Of a DNA stretch of 64,000 bases, positions 10,555 to 23,313 are shown one piece after another. A model generated the notes under the pieces. That model did no database searches. It was given only the letters and a program-made list of their open reading frames with translations, and was not told the origin of the DNA. Location of the stretch: NCBI GenBank assembly GCA_965213925.1, contig OZ243927.1:128001-192000 (forward strand). The letters run 5' to 3'. Each line of letters begins with the position of its first letter. Position 1 is the first letter of the stretch. The position numbers and the translations under genes are program-made. Source of the DNA: Trueperaceae bacterium. Lineage in GTDB: Bacteria; Deinococcota; Deinococci; Deinococcales; Trueperaceae.

Positions 10555-10597
10555 TATCTACTCCTTTATTGAACTTGAGCGAGAACGGCTTAAATTT

Positions 10598-10614
10598 ACT
10601 TAACGGTGTAAACT
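10598..10614. promoter_or_regulatory. Candidate TetR operator upstream of the monooxygenase operon
   Basis: ACTTAACG-G-TGTAAACT; shares its left half-site with the palindrome at 11307. Confidence 0.5.
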
Positions 10615-10635
10615 AGCAGTCAAAAAATTTTAGTC

Positions 10636-11292
10636 TCACCCCCCTTCGTTCAAAACGCGGTGCATGTTGTTTTTGTAGAGCGCGAAGGACACCTCGGCGT
10701 CCTCGCGGGTGTAGTGCGGGTCGTCCACTAAAGCGAGCGAGACGATGCCGTGAATCCCGCTCCAGATGAAGTTCGCTAAGGTTCTCGTATCACCATGCAG
10801 ATAGCCCGCGTCGATACACTCTTGAACGGTTCTGGCTAGATAACCGAAGCTGTCGTCAGGGGGCATATAGCCCTCGGGCAGTTCCTCCATACGTATGTCG
10901 GTGCGCTGCATGAACATGAGGCGGTAGTTTGCAGGGTTCTCTAAACCGAACTTGAAGTACTGCTCGCCTAATGCCTCGAGCCTCTCCCTCGGGTCGTCGC
11001 TGCTCTCATACCCTGCGCGGAGCATCGCGCCGAAGGTCTGAAAGCCCTCTAAGCAGACGTGCAAAAGCAGTTCGTCTTTGTCTGCGAAGTAGAGGTAAAT
11101 CGTCGTGGGCGAGTAGCCGACCTCTTCGGCGACTTGACGCAGGGAGAAGCCCTCGTAGCCGTGCGCTAAAAAGAGGTCTTGCGCGGCAGTGAGAATCGCG
11201 CGGCGCAGCTCCTCTTTTTGCTTGGCGCGGCGTTTGGCGCTGCGCGTCTGGATGCGCTCATCTCGAGTCTTAGAGTCTTCAGTCTTAGTCAT
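10636..11292 (-). CDS. TetR/AcrR family regulator (WHG-type C-terminus)
   Basis: ILTAAQDLF...SLRQVAEEVGYSPTTIYLYFADK HTH; WSGIHG. Confidence 0.92.
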   Translation of the reverse strand: MTKTEDSKTRDERIQTRSAKRRAKQKEELRRAILTAAQDLFLAHGYEGFSLRQVAEEVGYSPTTIYLYFADKDELLLHVCLEGFQTFGAMLRAGYESSDDPRERLEALGEQYFKFGLENPANYRLMFMQRTDIRMEELPEGYMPPDDSFGYLARTVQECIDAGYLHGDTRTLANFIWSGIHGIVSLALVDDPHYTREDAEVSFALYKNNMHRVLNEGG

Positions 11293-11306
11293 TACGCTTA
11301 TACTTT

Positions 11307-11323
11307 ACTTAACGCCGTTAAGT
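11307..11323. promoter_or_regulatory. Palindromic operator in the tetR promoter
   Basis: Perfect ACTTAACG-C-CGTTAAGT next to a minus-strand TTGACA (11325-11330). Confidence 0.65.
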
Positions 11324-11566
11324 TTGTCAAGAGGTCGGAGAAGTGCCTCCCGCTAGCAAAGGGTTGCAACCCTTCATTCATATTCAGTGAGCATTCCAGA
11401 GAAAACTACTTCCGTAAGAGGAGGTGGTAACACTTTCCTCTCTATCTAAATTCAAGCTCTAAAAATGGAAAAGGCTCGGCTAGAACGGTATTTCATAACG
11501 TGAACACCGCGTCAGTTTTTTGTCAGAACCTGAGCGCTACACTAGCGCAGTACTCGGGAGGTACCC

Positions 11567-12088
11567 ATGAACAAAATCGCCCAGAAACTCCTCGCCCTCT
11601 CCTTTATTGCCCTCCTCCTTAGCGCGTGCGGAACTGCAGGAATCTCAGTAAGCCAGCAACGCGCCGAAAGTCTCCTCGGCGAATGGTCGTTTAGCCACCC
11701 CGATGCGTCTCCTAGCAGCCAATCCTACAGCTTCAATATCCTCGAGCAGAACTCAGAGCTTCCCGACAGTTATGCCGTTTACGGCGCGAGTGGTAGTGGC
11801 GCGGACGCTTTCGCTATGTACAATCCAGAAAGCACAATAGCAGAAAAGTACATTGTCGGCGAGCCTGGAACATGGGTAAACCATATCTACGTATTCAAGT
11901 TCGACCTATCTAACCGTGTTTCTGGATTTTATGGACAGTTAGACGCTGTATCAGGAGAGGTCATCAGCTCGGTCAGCTTCACCGGTGTACGCAGCGGCAC
12001 TAACGTGCAAATGACCTCGGTTCAGCCCGCTTCTCCTTACGACGTTGAAAAGGTTCTCGAGGCGTATAAGAGCATTCGCTCGAAGTAA
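11567..12088 (+). CDS. Hypothetical lipoprotein
   Basis: MNKIAQK...LLSAC lipobox; GGAGG RBS. Confidence 0.72.
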   Translation: MNKIAQKLLALSFIALLLSACGTAGISVSQQRAESLLGEWSFSHPDASPSSQSYSFNILEQNSELPDSYAVYGASGSGADAFAMYNPESTIAEKYIVGEPGTWVNHIYVFKFDLSNRVSGFYGQLDAVSGEVISSVSFTGVRSGTNVQMTSVQPASPYDVEKVLEAYKSIRSK

Positions 12089-12104
12089 GGTCCAAACACA
12101 TCAC

Positions 12105-12132
12105 AAGCTGGCGCTCAGGCGTCAGCTTTTTT
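12105..12132 (+). terminator. Rho-independent terminator
   Basis: AAGCTGGCGC-tcag-GCGTCAGCTT followed by a T run. Confidence 0.7.
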
Positions 12133-12188
12133 AATATAGCGACTCATAACGTTACGAATTCGGTGAAGATGCTACGCTCCACCTAGTC

Positions 12189-13358
12189 ATGCTCTTCACC
12201 CGCGCCAAGCTCGAGAAAGACGAAGCCGCCACGCTCGCGCCTTACGCGGCGCATTCGCGCGGCTCCAAAGGTCGCCTCTACCCCGAGGAAGAGGCGGCGT
12301 ACCGCACGGCGTATCAAAAAGACCGCGACCGGGTCATCCACACGAGCGCGTTCCGGCGCTTGGAGTACAAAACGCAGGTGTTCGTCAATTACGAAGGCGA
12401 CTACTACCGCACGCGGCTCACGCATACCTTGGAGGTGGCGCAGGTGGCGAAGAGCATCTCGAGGGCACTGGGGTTGAGCGGCGACCTCACGGAGACGGTG
12501 GCGCTCGCCCACGACTTAGGGCACCCTCCCTTCGGACACGCGGGCGAACGCACCCTGAACCGCCTCGCGAAAGAGGAGGGCGGCTTCGACCACAACAAAC
12601 AGTCCTTGCGCGTCGTGACGGAGTTGGAAAAGCGCTACGCGGACTTTCCAGGGCTCAACCTCACCTGGGAGACCCTGGAGGGCATCATGAAGCACGAAGC
12701 GACGCCGCTGCTCGAGATACTGCCCGACACGCTACCGAAAGCCGACTGGGAGCCCGACAAACAGCCGACTTTGGAGGCGCAAGTCGTCAACGTCGCTGAC
12801 GAACTCGCGTATAACGCGCACGACCTGGACGACGGGCTGCGCTCAGGACACCTTACGGGAGCGCAGATAGAAGAGGTGCCGCTCGTCGGCGAGTTGATGC
12901 ACTCGTTAAAGATTAACCCACACGCGCTCTCGAACGAGACGCGCTACTTGCTCATCCGCAAGCTTTTAGGACGGATGATCGACGATACGATTCACTGCAC
13001 GCACGCGCGTTTGGAAGAGGAGGCGGTAGGGTCTTTAGAGGAGGTGCGCAGAGCGTCCCACACGCTGGTCGGCACCTCGCCCGAGATGAACGAGGAACTG
13101 CGCGTCCTCAAAGACTTCTTGTTCAAAAACCTCTACCGCCACTACCGCCTGATTCGCATGACGAAAAAAGCGGATAGGATTCTCGAGAGCCTCTTCTGCG
13201 CCTATCTGGAAACGCCGACGATGCTGCCCTTTCACCTGCAGGCGAGGGCGGAAGAGAGGGGCGTCGTACGCACGGTCACGGACTATTTGGCAGGGATGAC
13301 AGACCGCTTCGCGGGCGACGAGTACAAGCGGCTTTTTGATCCACACGCTTTGACGTAA
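12189..13358 (+). CDS. dgt: Deoxyguanosinetriphosphate triphosphohydrolase (HD domain)
   Basis: RDRVIHTSAFRRLEYKTQVF, RTRLTHTLEV, HDLGHPPFGHAGE, DYLAGMTD. Confidence 0.93.
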   Translation: MLFTRAKLEKDEAATLAPYAAHSRGSKGRLYPEEEAAYRTAYQKDRDRVIHTSAFRRLEYKTQVFVNYEGDYYRTRLTHTLEVAQVAKSISRALGLSGDLTETVALAHDLGHPPFGHAGERTLNRLAKEEGGFDHNKQSLRVVTELEKRYADFPGLNLTWETLEGIMKHEATPLLEILPDTLPKADWEPDKQPTLEAQVVNVADELAYNAHDLDDGLRSGHLTGAQIEEVPLVGELMHSLKINPHALSNETRYLLIRKLLGRMIDDTIHCTHARLEEEAVGSLEEVRRASHTLVGTSPEMNEELRVLKDFLFKNLYRHYRLIRMTKKADRILESLFCAYLETPTMLPFHLQARAEERGVVRTVTDYLAGMTDRFAGDEYKRLFDPHALT

Positions 13359-13472
13359 AAGTTTAGCGATGAGTACTCTGTCAAGTAAGAAATGAGTCAT
13401 GTCATTAGGGCGTACACATGTACGCTAACGGAAGACGCGTTCGGCCCGCCCTCTCTACTCTCGAGAGAGCAG

Positions 13473-13501
13473 TTGACATCATCTATACCGTTCGGTATAA
13501 T
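13473..13501 (+). promoter_or_regulatory. Consensus sigma70 promoter with an embedded palindromic operator
   Basis: TTGACA-17 bp-TATAAT; TATACCG-TT-CGGTATA at 13484-13499; GTG start 7 nt downstream (leaderless). Confidence 0.85.
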
Positions 13502-13508
13502 CTTCGGT

Positions 13509-14096
13509 GTGGCAGTAGAGACGACCTCTTCGGAACCGCGCTCGCGCCTTCTGCGCTGCGCCCTGGACCTCTTCGCGGAGCACGGCTACGACGCGGTCGG
13601 TGTGCAGCGCGTGGTGGCGGCGGCTGGCGTCACCAAGCCGACGCTCTACCATCACTTCGGCAACAAACGCGGGCTTTTAGACGCGCTTTTAAACACGCAT
13701 TTTGCACCGTTCAACGAGAGGTTGCGAAGAGCATCGGCGTATCATCATGATCTGACGCAGACCTTAGAGGACGTTAGCGCCGCGTACATCGCCGCGTCTT
13801 TGGACGAGCCGAACTTCACCAGACTGCGCTTAACCCTTCTGTTCGCGCCACCTGAAAGCGAAGCGTTTCGGGCAGTTGCGCCCTGGTTAGAAGCGCAAGA
13901 GCGCCTCCTTGCTGAGCTTTTCGGGCAGGCATCTGAAGATCACGGCAACATGCGTGGGCGGCAGCTCACGCTCGCCTTGAGCTTTTTGGGCGTCCTCAAT
14001 ACCTACGTCGGACTCTCCCTAAACGGCTCCTTGACCCTAGATGACGCGACCCGAAGCCAGATGCTTCGCGGCTTCATGTACGGCATCTTTTCGTGA
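13509..14096 (+). CDS. TetR family regulator
   Basis: ALDLFAEHGYDAVGV...AGVTKPTLYHHFGNK; start reassigned to GTG at 13509, after the promoter. Confidence 0.88.
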   Translation: MAVETTSSEPRSRLLRCALDLFAEHGYDAVGVQRVVAAAGVTKPTLYHHFGNKRGLLDALLNTHFAPFNERLRRASAYHHDLTQTLEDVSAAYIAASLDEPNFTRLRLTLLFAPPESEAFRAVAPWLEAQERLLAELFGQASEDHGNMRGRQLTLALSFLGVLNTYVGLSLNGSLTLDDATRSQMLRGFMYGIFS

Positions 14097-14117
14097 GCAA
14101 ATTTTTTTACCCGCAAC

Positions 14118-14133
14118 TATACCGAAAGGTATA
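14118..14133. promoter_or_regulatory. Second copy of the TetR operator, upstream of the GH13 gene
   Basis: TATACCG-AA-AGGTATA abutting the AAGGAG RBS. Confidence 0.7.
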
Positions 14134-14147
14134 AAAGGAGAACAAAG

Positions 14148-15494
14148 ATGAAGCAATCCTTCCAAGACACAACCGTCTATCACATCTATCCGCTCGGACA
14201 GCTAGGCGCACCTCAACGCAACGACTTCTCTTCAGAGCCTACGCCGCGCCTAGCGGAGCTTCACGACTGGCTTCCGCATCTGAACGAGTTGGGCGTTAAC
14301 GCGCTCTATTTAGGACCTTTGTTCGAGTCGAGCGCGCACGGCTACGACACGGCGGATTACTACCACGTGGACAGGCGGTTAGGTACAAACGAAACGTTGC
14401 AAACCTTTTCTAAAGACCTCCGCGGACACGGTATCCGTCTCGTGCTGGACGCGGTTTTCAATCACGTCGGGCGGGACTTTTGGGCGTTCAAGGATGTCTT
14501 AAAGCACGGCGAGACCTCTTCCTATAAAGACTGGTTTCACCTCGACTTCGGTGTGACGAGCCCGCAGGGTGACCCCTTCGGTTATGAAGGCTGGAGCGGC
14601 AACTACGACCTCGTCAAACTCAACCTGAAGCATCCCGATGTGAGAGCGCACCTCTTTGACGCGGTGGCGGCGTGGGTGCGTGACTTTGAGATCAGCGGTT
14701 TGCGACTAGACGCGGCGGACGTCATGGATTTCGACTTCTTACATGAGCTTGCCCAGTTCTGCAGAAAGCTCGAGCCGGACTTCTGGCTGATGGGCGAAGT
14801 GGTTCACGGCGACTACAGCAAGTGGGTCAACCCCGACATGTTGGACTCCGCGACGAACTACGAACTCTACAAGGGTCTGTGGTCGAGCCACGCGGACAAA
14901 AACTACTTCGAATTGGCGCACTCCCTGAAGCGTCAGTTCGGCGAGGGCGGCGTCTATGAAGGGCTCAACCTCTACACCTTTGCGGATAACCACGACGTCA
15001 ACCGGGTCGCGAGCAGCTTGGAGGAGCCCGCGCACCTCTACCCGCTCTATACGCTTCTCTTTACCGTACCCGGCGTGCCCTCTATCTACGCGGGCAGCGA
15101 GTGGGGGCTTTCGGGCAAGCGCACGAATACGAGCGACGAAGCGCTAAGGCCGAGGCTCGAGCTACCTGGAGCTAAGGCGCACGCCCCCCACCCCGACCTC
15201 GCCGACCTCATTGCCAAGCTGACCCGCTTACGGCGCGACTCTTCCGCCTTACAGAGGGGCAACTACCAAGAACTTTTGGTAGACCACGAACAGCTAGCCT
15301 TTCTGCGCGAAAGCGCCGAAGAGAAAGTTGTCGTGATGACGAACGCTTCTGAAGAAGAGGTCACGCTAGACCTGAAGTTGCCCGCTTCTCACGCTCACGA
15401 CTTACTAAATAGCGACGAGCACTTTGACATGCGTGAGGGTCAACTCTCGATTCCCGTTTCGCCGAGGTGGGCCAGAGTCTTGCGCCTGTCGTAA
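14148..15494 (+). CDS. GH13 alpha-amylase/cyclomaltodextrinase-like glycosidase
   Basis: HGYDTADY, DAVFNH, GLRLDAAD, GEVVHG, FADNHD. Confidence 0.9.
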   Translation: MKQSFQDTTVYHIYPLGQLGAPQRNDFSSEPTPRLAELHDWLPHLNELGVNALYLGPLFESSAHGYDTADYYHVDRRLGTNETLQTFSKDLRGHGIRLVLDAVFNHVGRDFWAFKDVLKHGETSSYKDWFHLDFGVTSPQGDPFGYEGWSGNYDLVKLNLKHPDVRAHLFDAVAAWVRDFEISGLRLDAADVMDFDFLHELAQFCRKLEPDFWLMGEVVHGDYSKWVNPDMLDSATNYELYKGLWSSHADKNYFELAHSLKRQFGEGGVYEGLNLYTFADNHDVNRVASSLEEPAHLYPLYTLLFTVPGVPSIYAGSEWGLSGKRTNTSDEALRPRLELPGAKAHAPHPDLADLIAKLTRLRRDSSALQRGNYQELLVDHEQLAFLRESAEEKVVVMTNASEEEVTLDLKLPASHAHDLLNSDEHFDMREGQLSIPVSPRWARVLRLS

Positions 15495-16384
15495 TTCTTG
15501 TCGCGGCGCGGACCACGTTTTCCGGCGGGGGCGGGACCGACGGACTCGAGGTCCACCCCCTCAGGATAGGTGCGCGTCGGCGGCAGCGTATAGGGCGTGC
15601 GGCGTGGCGGCAAAGCCAACTGCGCGAGGGCGCGGTGACGCAAGCTTTTGAAGATCACCTTTTCTATCCAGGGTCGCGGCGCTGGCAGCCCGAGAGCGCC
15701 TCGCATAGGGGCGTCCATGAGGCTCGCTGCGGCGTCTTTGCCTACCTCGGCAAGAGGTCGGCGCACTGTTTTTGGCAGCCATTTAGGAAGCACCCAGCTC
15801 ACAAAGAGGTCTAGCGTCGCGTCCGCTAAAAGCTGGTTGTTCGGGCTGTACGCAAAGTGCTCACGCTCGTACGCTACGTTATAGGCCTCAAACGCCTCGT
15901 AACTTTCCGGCAGGTCATGGAGTCCCATGCGCCGCCCTACCTCGCGCCAGAAGTAAAAGCCCGCTTGTTTTTCGTGCTCGTGGAGCGGACGCCAGCCGAA
16001 GCGGGCGTTCCACCTGATCGGCTCGTAGATAAAGGTGCTCAGCACGTAGAGAAATTCGTCGTTCGGAATCTTGTAGCGCCCGTGGAGCTGGTTCATCCGC
16101 CGGATCGCCCGCGCGCCTAAGTCGCTGCTGTAGCCGTGTGAACCGATCGTACTGATTAAGATAACCGTGTCGTCATATCGCTTCTGGGTGCGCTCGGTGA
16201 GTTCTCTCGTGGCCACCAGGAGGCGCGAACTGCGCGGCACGCAAAAGGTGCGCACTAGCGCGAGTTCGTAGGCGCGCCTCGTGTCGAAAGGGAAGTCAAA
16301 GGCGCTGCTCAAAAAGGCGATGCGCTCGTCGTCCCTCTCGGGGTGGAGGGTTTTGATTTGCTCGAGGATGCGGTAGCGAGACAT
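15440..16384 (-). CDS. Oxygenase MpaB family (DUF2236-like) protein
   Basis: LVRTFCVP, QKRYDDT, RMNQLHGRY.I.NDEFLYVLSTF, WREVGRRMG. Confidence 0.82.
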   Translation of the reverse strand: MSRYRILEQIKTLHPERDDERIAFLSSAFDFPFDTRRAYELALVRTFCVPRSSRLLVATRELTERTQKRYDDTVILISTIGSHGYSSDLGARAIRRMNQLHGRYKIPNDEFLYVLSTFIYEPIRWNARFGWRPLHEHEKQAGFYFWREVGRRMGLHDLPESYEAFEAYNVAYEREHFAYSPNNQLLADATLDLFVSWVLPKWLPKTVRRPLAEVGKDAAASLMDAPMRGALGLPAPRPWIEKVIFKSLRHRALAQLALPPRRTPYTLPPTRTYPEGVDLESVGPAPAGKRGPRRDKNYDRRKTLAHLGETGIES

Positions 16385-16550
16385 CAGGTTAAGTCTACGG
16401 CGATTTAGCGCGGCCCTAAGTGTCGAAGCTTGAGTAAAGCTCGCGGATAAGGCGTTTTACTGAGGCAAAGAACTCGGACGCAACAGGGTTCACGTTGCCT
16501 CTGCGTTTTGTACCTGCGATGAAAATTCCGACTGATCCTGTTATTGCCCG

Positions 16551-16754
16551 CTACGCGCCGCGCTCCCGCCGCTCCGTCACCGGCTCACCTGCTATACCCC
16601 AGTTGTCCGTCTCGACCTCTTCGATGACAACGATGGTCGTCGCTGGATTCTTGCCGAGTACCTCTTGGAGCAGCTTAGTTGCACCCTCAATCAGCTGGGC
16701 TTTCTGCGCTTTAGTCGCGCCCTCTTCGGTGATTTTTATGTTGACGTAGGGCAT
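16551..16754 (-). CDS. 4-oxalocrotonate tautomerase family protein
   Basis: N-terminal Pro (MPYVNIK), QKAQLI, VVIEEV...NWGIAG. Confidence 0.9.
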   Translation of the reverse strand: MPYVNIKITEEGATKAQKAQLIEGATKLLQEVLGKNPATTIVVIEEVETDNWGIAGEPVTERRERGA

Positions 16755-16799
16755 GGGCCTCCTCTCAGATGTTCGCGTTTCTAAACGGCGATACGAGAA

Positions 16800-16824
16800 A
16801 GGGTGAGACTGCTCGCCTCACCCT
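16800..16824 (-). terminator. Possible terminator of the fdh operon
   Basis: AGGGTGAG...CTCACCCT hairpin; short T tail on the minus strand. Confidence 0.45.
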
Positions 16825-16859
16825 CATGGTTCATAAGGACGTTCAAACGATTTGGAAGA

Positions 16860-17302
16860 TTATCCCTTTTTCTCCGCCTCTTCGTGCAGGTGCTGTCCTA
16901 AGCCCTCGAGCAAGCTCAAGACCGCGTAGAGCCCGCGCCGCACCTCTTTATCGTAGAGCTTGCCTAGGAGCGCGGTGATGCCGGGCGGGTCGTCTTTGAG
17001 GCTCTCTTGCGCCTTGGCGAGTCCTTTCTGCGTGCCGTCTAAAAAAGCTTGCGCGCCGTCGGGGTTGGTCACGGTGAGCGTCTTAACGAGCACCATCACG
17101 TTATCTACCAAGTTGCGCCCGCCCTGCGAGTCGAGCTGGTCCAGGGCAACCTCCAGAACGCCGTTCTTCTGCGAGATGGCGCTGTTGAGGATGCGGAAGA
17201 CACCTTCTTGGTGTAGCGTTTGCACGAGTCTGTCGAGGTCGTCTTGCGCTGTATCAACGGGTGGCGGGGAGGGTTCGTACTTGTACTGAATGGCTTTTGC
17301 CA

Positions 17303-17303
<1 letters not shown>
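16860..17303 (-). CDS. DUF1641-like (YjgD/YrhD-type) protein associated with formate dehydrogenase
   Basis: GTG start overlapping the fdh stop (TAGTG); AKAI...PPGITALLGKL.DKEVRRGL. Confidence 0.75.
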
Positions 17304-20280
<2,977 letters not shown>

Positions 20281-20333
20281 ACTGTGACCCCTCTCTCAAC
20301 ATGTTTTGTTTCTCTAAGTCTAGCACTGCGTCC

Positions 20334-20549
20334 CTAACGGAAGAGCGGCAACGCTTTGATAATCGTAGCGATAAGCCCGTAGGCGAGCGGGATGCCCACC
20401 ACCGCCCAGGCGACCGCAAGCTGTCCCATCGGTCTGCCCTCGTAGGCCTCACTGGGCGGCGAATCCTCTAACGTGACCCGCCCGGTATCATTCTCAGCGC
20501 TACCGCTATCTTTGCCCTTGTCATTACCGTACGCCTCGACTTTAGCCAT
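20334..20549 (-). CDS. Small membrane subunit accompanying the OFA-family MFS
   Basis: AWAVVGIPLAYG...KALPLF motif directly after the MFS gene. Confidence 0.7.
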   Translation of the reverse strand: MAKVEAYGNDKGKDSGSAENDTGRVTLEDSPPSEAYEGRPMGQLAVAWAVVGIPLAYGLIATIIKALPLFR

Positions 20550-20550
20550 C

Positions 20551-21963
20551 TCAGTCTCCTGTCGCTTCCGAGGTTTGGGGGGAGGCGGACGCGCCCTCTT
20601 GCGCTTCGACGCTGTACTTCTCGTCCACCGGGGTTACAAAAAAGTTACACACAAAGCCGACGATGAGAAGCCCCGCCATGATGTACATGGTGACGCTGTA
20701 CGCCTGCGCCGCCGGCACGCCGCTGTTGAGCTGCGCGTTTCTCACCCAGTTGATGATAGTCGGTCCGACCACGCCCGCGAGCGACCAGGCGAGCAGCAGC
20801 CGCCCGTGAATCGCGCCGACCTCATAGGTGCCGAAGCGGTCGCGCAAGTACGCCGGAATCGTGGCGAAGCCGCCCCCGTACATCGAGATGATGACGCAAA
20901 AGCCCGCGACGAAAAGCAGCACGCTGCCCATGTTGCCGAAGGTCGGGATGAGAAAGTAGAGCACCGCGCCGAGGGCGAAAAAGACGAAGTAGGTATTTTT
21001 ACGCCCGATGTAGTCCGAGGTAGACGACCAGAAAAAGCGCCCGACCATGTTGAAGATGCTCAGTAGTCCGACGAAGCCGGCGGCGGCGGCGGCGTCCACG
21101 GCGGCCGCTTCGCCCACCGAATCGACCGAGAACATCTCCTGAATCATCAGGGACGCCTGCTGCAACACGCCGATGCCCGCCGTCACGTTCAAAAAGAGCA
21201 CCCCGAAGAGCAGCCAAAACTGCGGCGTGCGAATCGCGGTGTCGGCATCGACGTCGATATTGGCGGCCGCCTCTTTGCCGCCCTCTTCGGGGTTGTAGGC
21301 CGAGGGCTTCCAGCCCTTAGCAGGGATGCGCACGATAAATGCGCCAAACATCATGAGGCAGAGGTAGAGGATACCCAGCGTGACAAAGGTCGGCGCGACC
21401 CCGACGGAATTCTGCGTGCTGTAGATGCCCAGGAGCGTGTTGGAGAGCGGCGAGGCTAGAAGTGCGCCACCGCCGAAGCCCATGATCGCCATGCCCGTCG
21501 CCATGCCGGGGCGGTCGGGGAACCATTTGATAAGGGTCGAGACGGGCGAGATGTAGCCGAGACCTAGCCCGATACCGCCAAGGACCCCGTTGCCTAGGTA
21601 AACGAGCCAGATGCTGTGGATAGAGACGCCTATCGCAGCAACGAAAAACCCGCCGCTAAAGCAGAGCGCCGCGACGAACATCGCCATGCGCGGACCGACG
21701 CGCTCCAACCACTTCCCGAAGATCGCCGCCGCCGCGCCTAAGACGGCAATCGCCACGCTGAAAATCCACTGGATGGTGAACTGGTCCCAGTCGCCAGGTG
21801 CTTGTTCGGAAACGCCAATCAGACGCGACATCGGTCCGTTAAAGACGCTGTAGGCGTAAATTTGACCAATTGAAAGGTGAATGGCTAACGCGGCAGGCGG
21901 CACTAGCCAGCGGCTAAAGCCGGGCTGCGCGACGGTGTTTTCGCGGTCTAAGAATGAGAGCAT
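20551..21963 (-). CDS. OFA family MFS transporter (oxalate/formate antiporter-like)
   Basis: GLGYISPVSTLIKWFPDRPGMATG, YGGGFATIPAYL; about 12 TM. Confidence 0.9.
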   Translation of the reverse strand: MLSFLDRENTVAQPGFSRWLVPPAALAIHLSIGQIYAYSVFNGPMSRLIGVSEQAPGDWDQFTIQWIFSVAIAVLGAAAAIFGKWLERVGPRMAMFVAALCFSGGFFVAAIGVSIHSIWLVYLGNGVLGGIGLGLGYISPVSTLIKWFPDRPGMATGMAIMGFGGGALLASPLSNTLLGIYSTQNSVGVAPTFVTLGILYLCLMMFGAFIVRIPAKGWKPSAYNPEEGGKEAAANIDVDADTAIRTPQFWLLFGVLFLNVTAGIGVLQQASLMIQEMFSVDSVGEAAAVDAAAAAGFVGLLSIFNMVGRFFWSSTSDYIGRKNTYFVFFALGAVLYFLIPTFGNMGSVLLFVAGFCVIISMYGGGFATIPAYLRDRFGTYEVGAIHGRLLLAWSLAGVVGPTIINWVRNAQLNSGVPAAQAYSVTMYIMAGLLIVGFVCNFFVTPVDEKYSVEAQEGASASPQTSEATGD

Positions 21964-22044
21964 GGGGTGAACCTCCTAAGGGTGGAAGAGGAAAGGTAAG
22001 AGATAGAAGCGATGAGCGGTTACTTTTTGCACGTGAACTAAGGG

Positions 22045-22920
22045 CTAGGCATAACGACCTTCTTGAGACCTGACCAATTCGGGCGTAGATTTGGACTGCT
22101 CGATACGCTCCTCACCCGCGTAGATATTAAAGCGCTCCCCGCGCAAAAAGCCGACGAGCGTCATGTCGAACTCCTTCGCCACCGAAACTGCCAAGCTGCT
22201 CGGCGCAGACACGGCACAGACCACCTGCACGCCCGCCGCGAGCGACTTCTGTAAAAGCTCAAAACTCGCCCGTCCGCTCAATAAAACGATATGCTCTGAC
22301 AGGGGAAGTAGATTCTCCAAAAGTGCCCAGCCGAGAAGCTTGTCGAGCGCATTGTGCCGCCCGACATCCTCGCGGAGCGCCCGCAGCTCTCCCTCTTTCG
22401 AAAAGAGCGCCGCCGCGTGCAAGCCGCCCGTCGCTTCAAAAAGCCCTTGCGCGTCCCTTAGTTTGTCGGGTAGGGCGGTAATTTGCTCGGGTGTTACGCT
22501 GAACGTCTGTGGAGGCGCGGCGCAGCGAACCTCTAACGCCTCTAAACTTGCTTTGCCGCACACACCGCAGGCTGACGAGGTGTAGAAGTGCCGCTCCAAG
22601 CTGCGCAGGTCGGGCAACTCGCCGCGCAACGTTACGTTCACAATGTTGTAACGCTGCTCCGCGTCCGCATCCACGCAGTAGGAGATGCGCTCAATGTCGT
22701 CTCGAGTCTGCAAGACGCCTTCGCAAAACAAAAAGCCCGAAGCAAGCTCGAAATCACTGCCCGGCGTGCGCATGGTCACGGCGACGCTTTGACGCTCTGC
22801 TCTGCTCAGCAGGCGAATCTCTAGGGGCTCTTCCGTCGCCAAAACGTCACGCCGCACCTGCGCTTCGCCCTGCACAACCCTCGCAACAGTAGCTTTCGTC
22901 TTGCTCTTAGGGCGCTTCAC
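22045..22920 (-). CDS. fdhD: Formate dehydrogenase accessory sulfurtransferase
   Basis: EEPLEI, MRTPG, SSACGVCGK, TGGLHAAA, EDVGRHNALDK. Confidence 0.93.
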   Translation of the reverse strand: MKRPKSKTKATVARVVQGEAQVRRDVLATEEPLEIRLLSRAERQSVAVTMRTPGSDFELASGFLFCEGVLQTRDDIERISYCVDADAEQRYNIVNVTLRGELPDLRSLERHFYTSSACGVCGKASLEALEVRCAAPPQTFSVTPEQITALPDKLRDAQGLFEATGGLHAAALFSKEGELRALREDVGRHNALDKLLGWALLENLLPLSEHIVLLSGRASFELLQKSLAAGVQVVCAVSAPSSLAVSVAKEFDMTLVGFLRGERFNIYAGEERIEQSKSTPELVRSQEGRYA

Positions 22921-22977
22921 GCCCGCTCGTCCTCAGACACCCCTTTGGTCCTTTGCCCGCTCCATGCACCCCACCTC

Positions 22978-23027
22978 TCTCCGGTACTCATTATTCTCCG
23001 GTACTCATTATTTCCAATACTGATTGT
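22978..23027. repeat. 17-bp tandem repeat (2 exact copies, 1 degenerate) in the fdhD-moaA divergent region
   Basis: TCTCCGGTACTCATTAT x2 followed by TTCCAATACTGATTGT. Confidence 0.8.
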
Positions 23028-23313
23028 CCGTCATCTCTACAAGTGCTTCGCACTGCGGACTGATGTCACCAAAGTAGCAGATTAAGGTGCGCATAAAGTA
23101 GTGCAAGAACGGTTTTTGGAACACACCTCGCCGAGTGGACGTCAGAATGAGATACTCAAGTTAAGGTGCTACAGATGAAGGGGGCAAATTATGGACGCTC
23201 GAGCCTCCTATGCAAGTTTGTAAGACTCGAGCCCCACATCACGTTACCCTCACCAACTTTTGCGTTAGGATGAAATCAATGATGCACGTTCGTTTCAACT
23301 TTTTAGGGGACGC

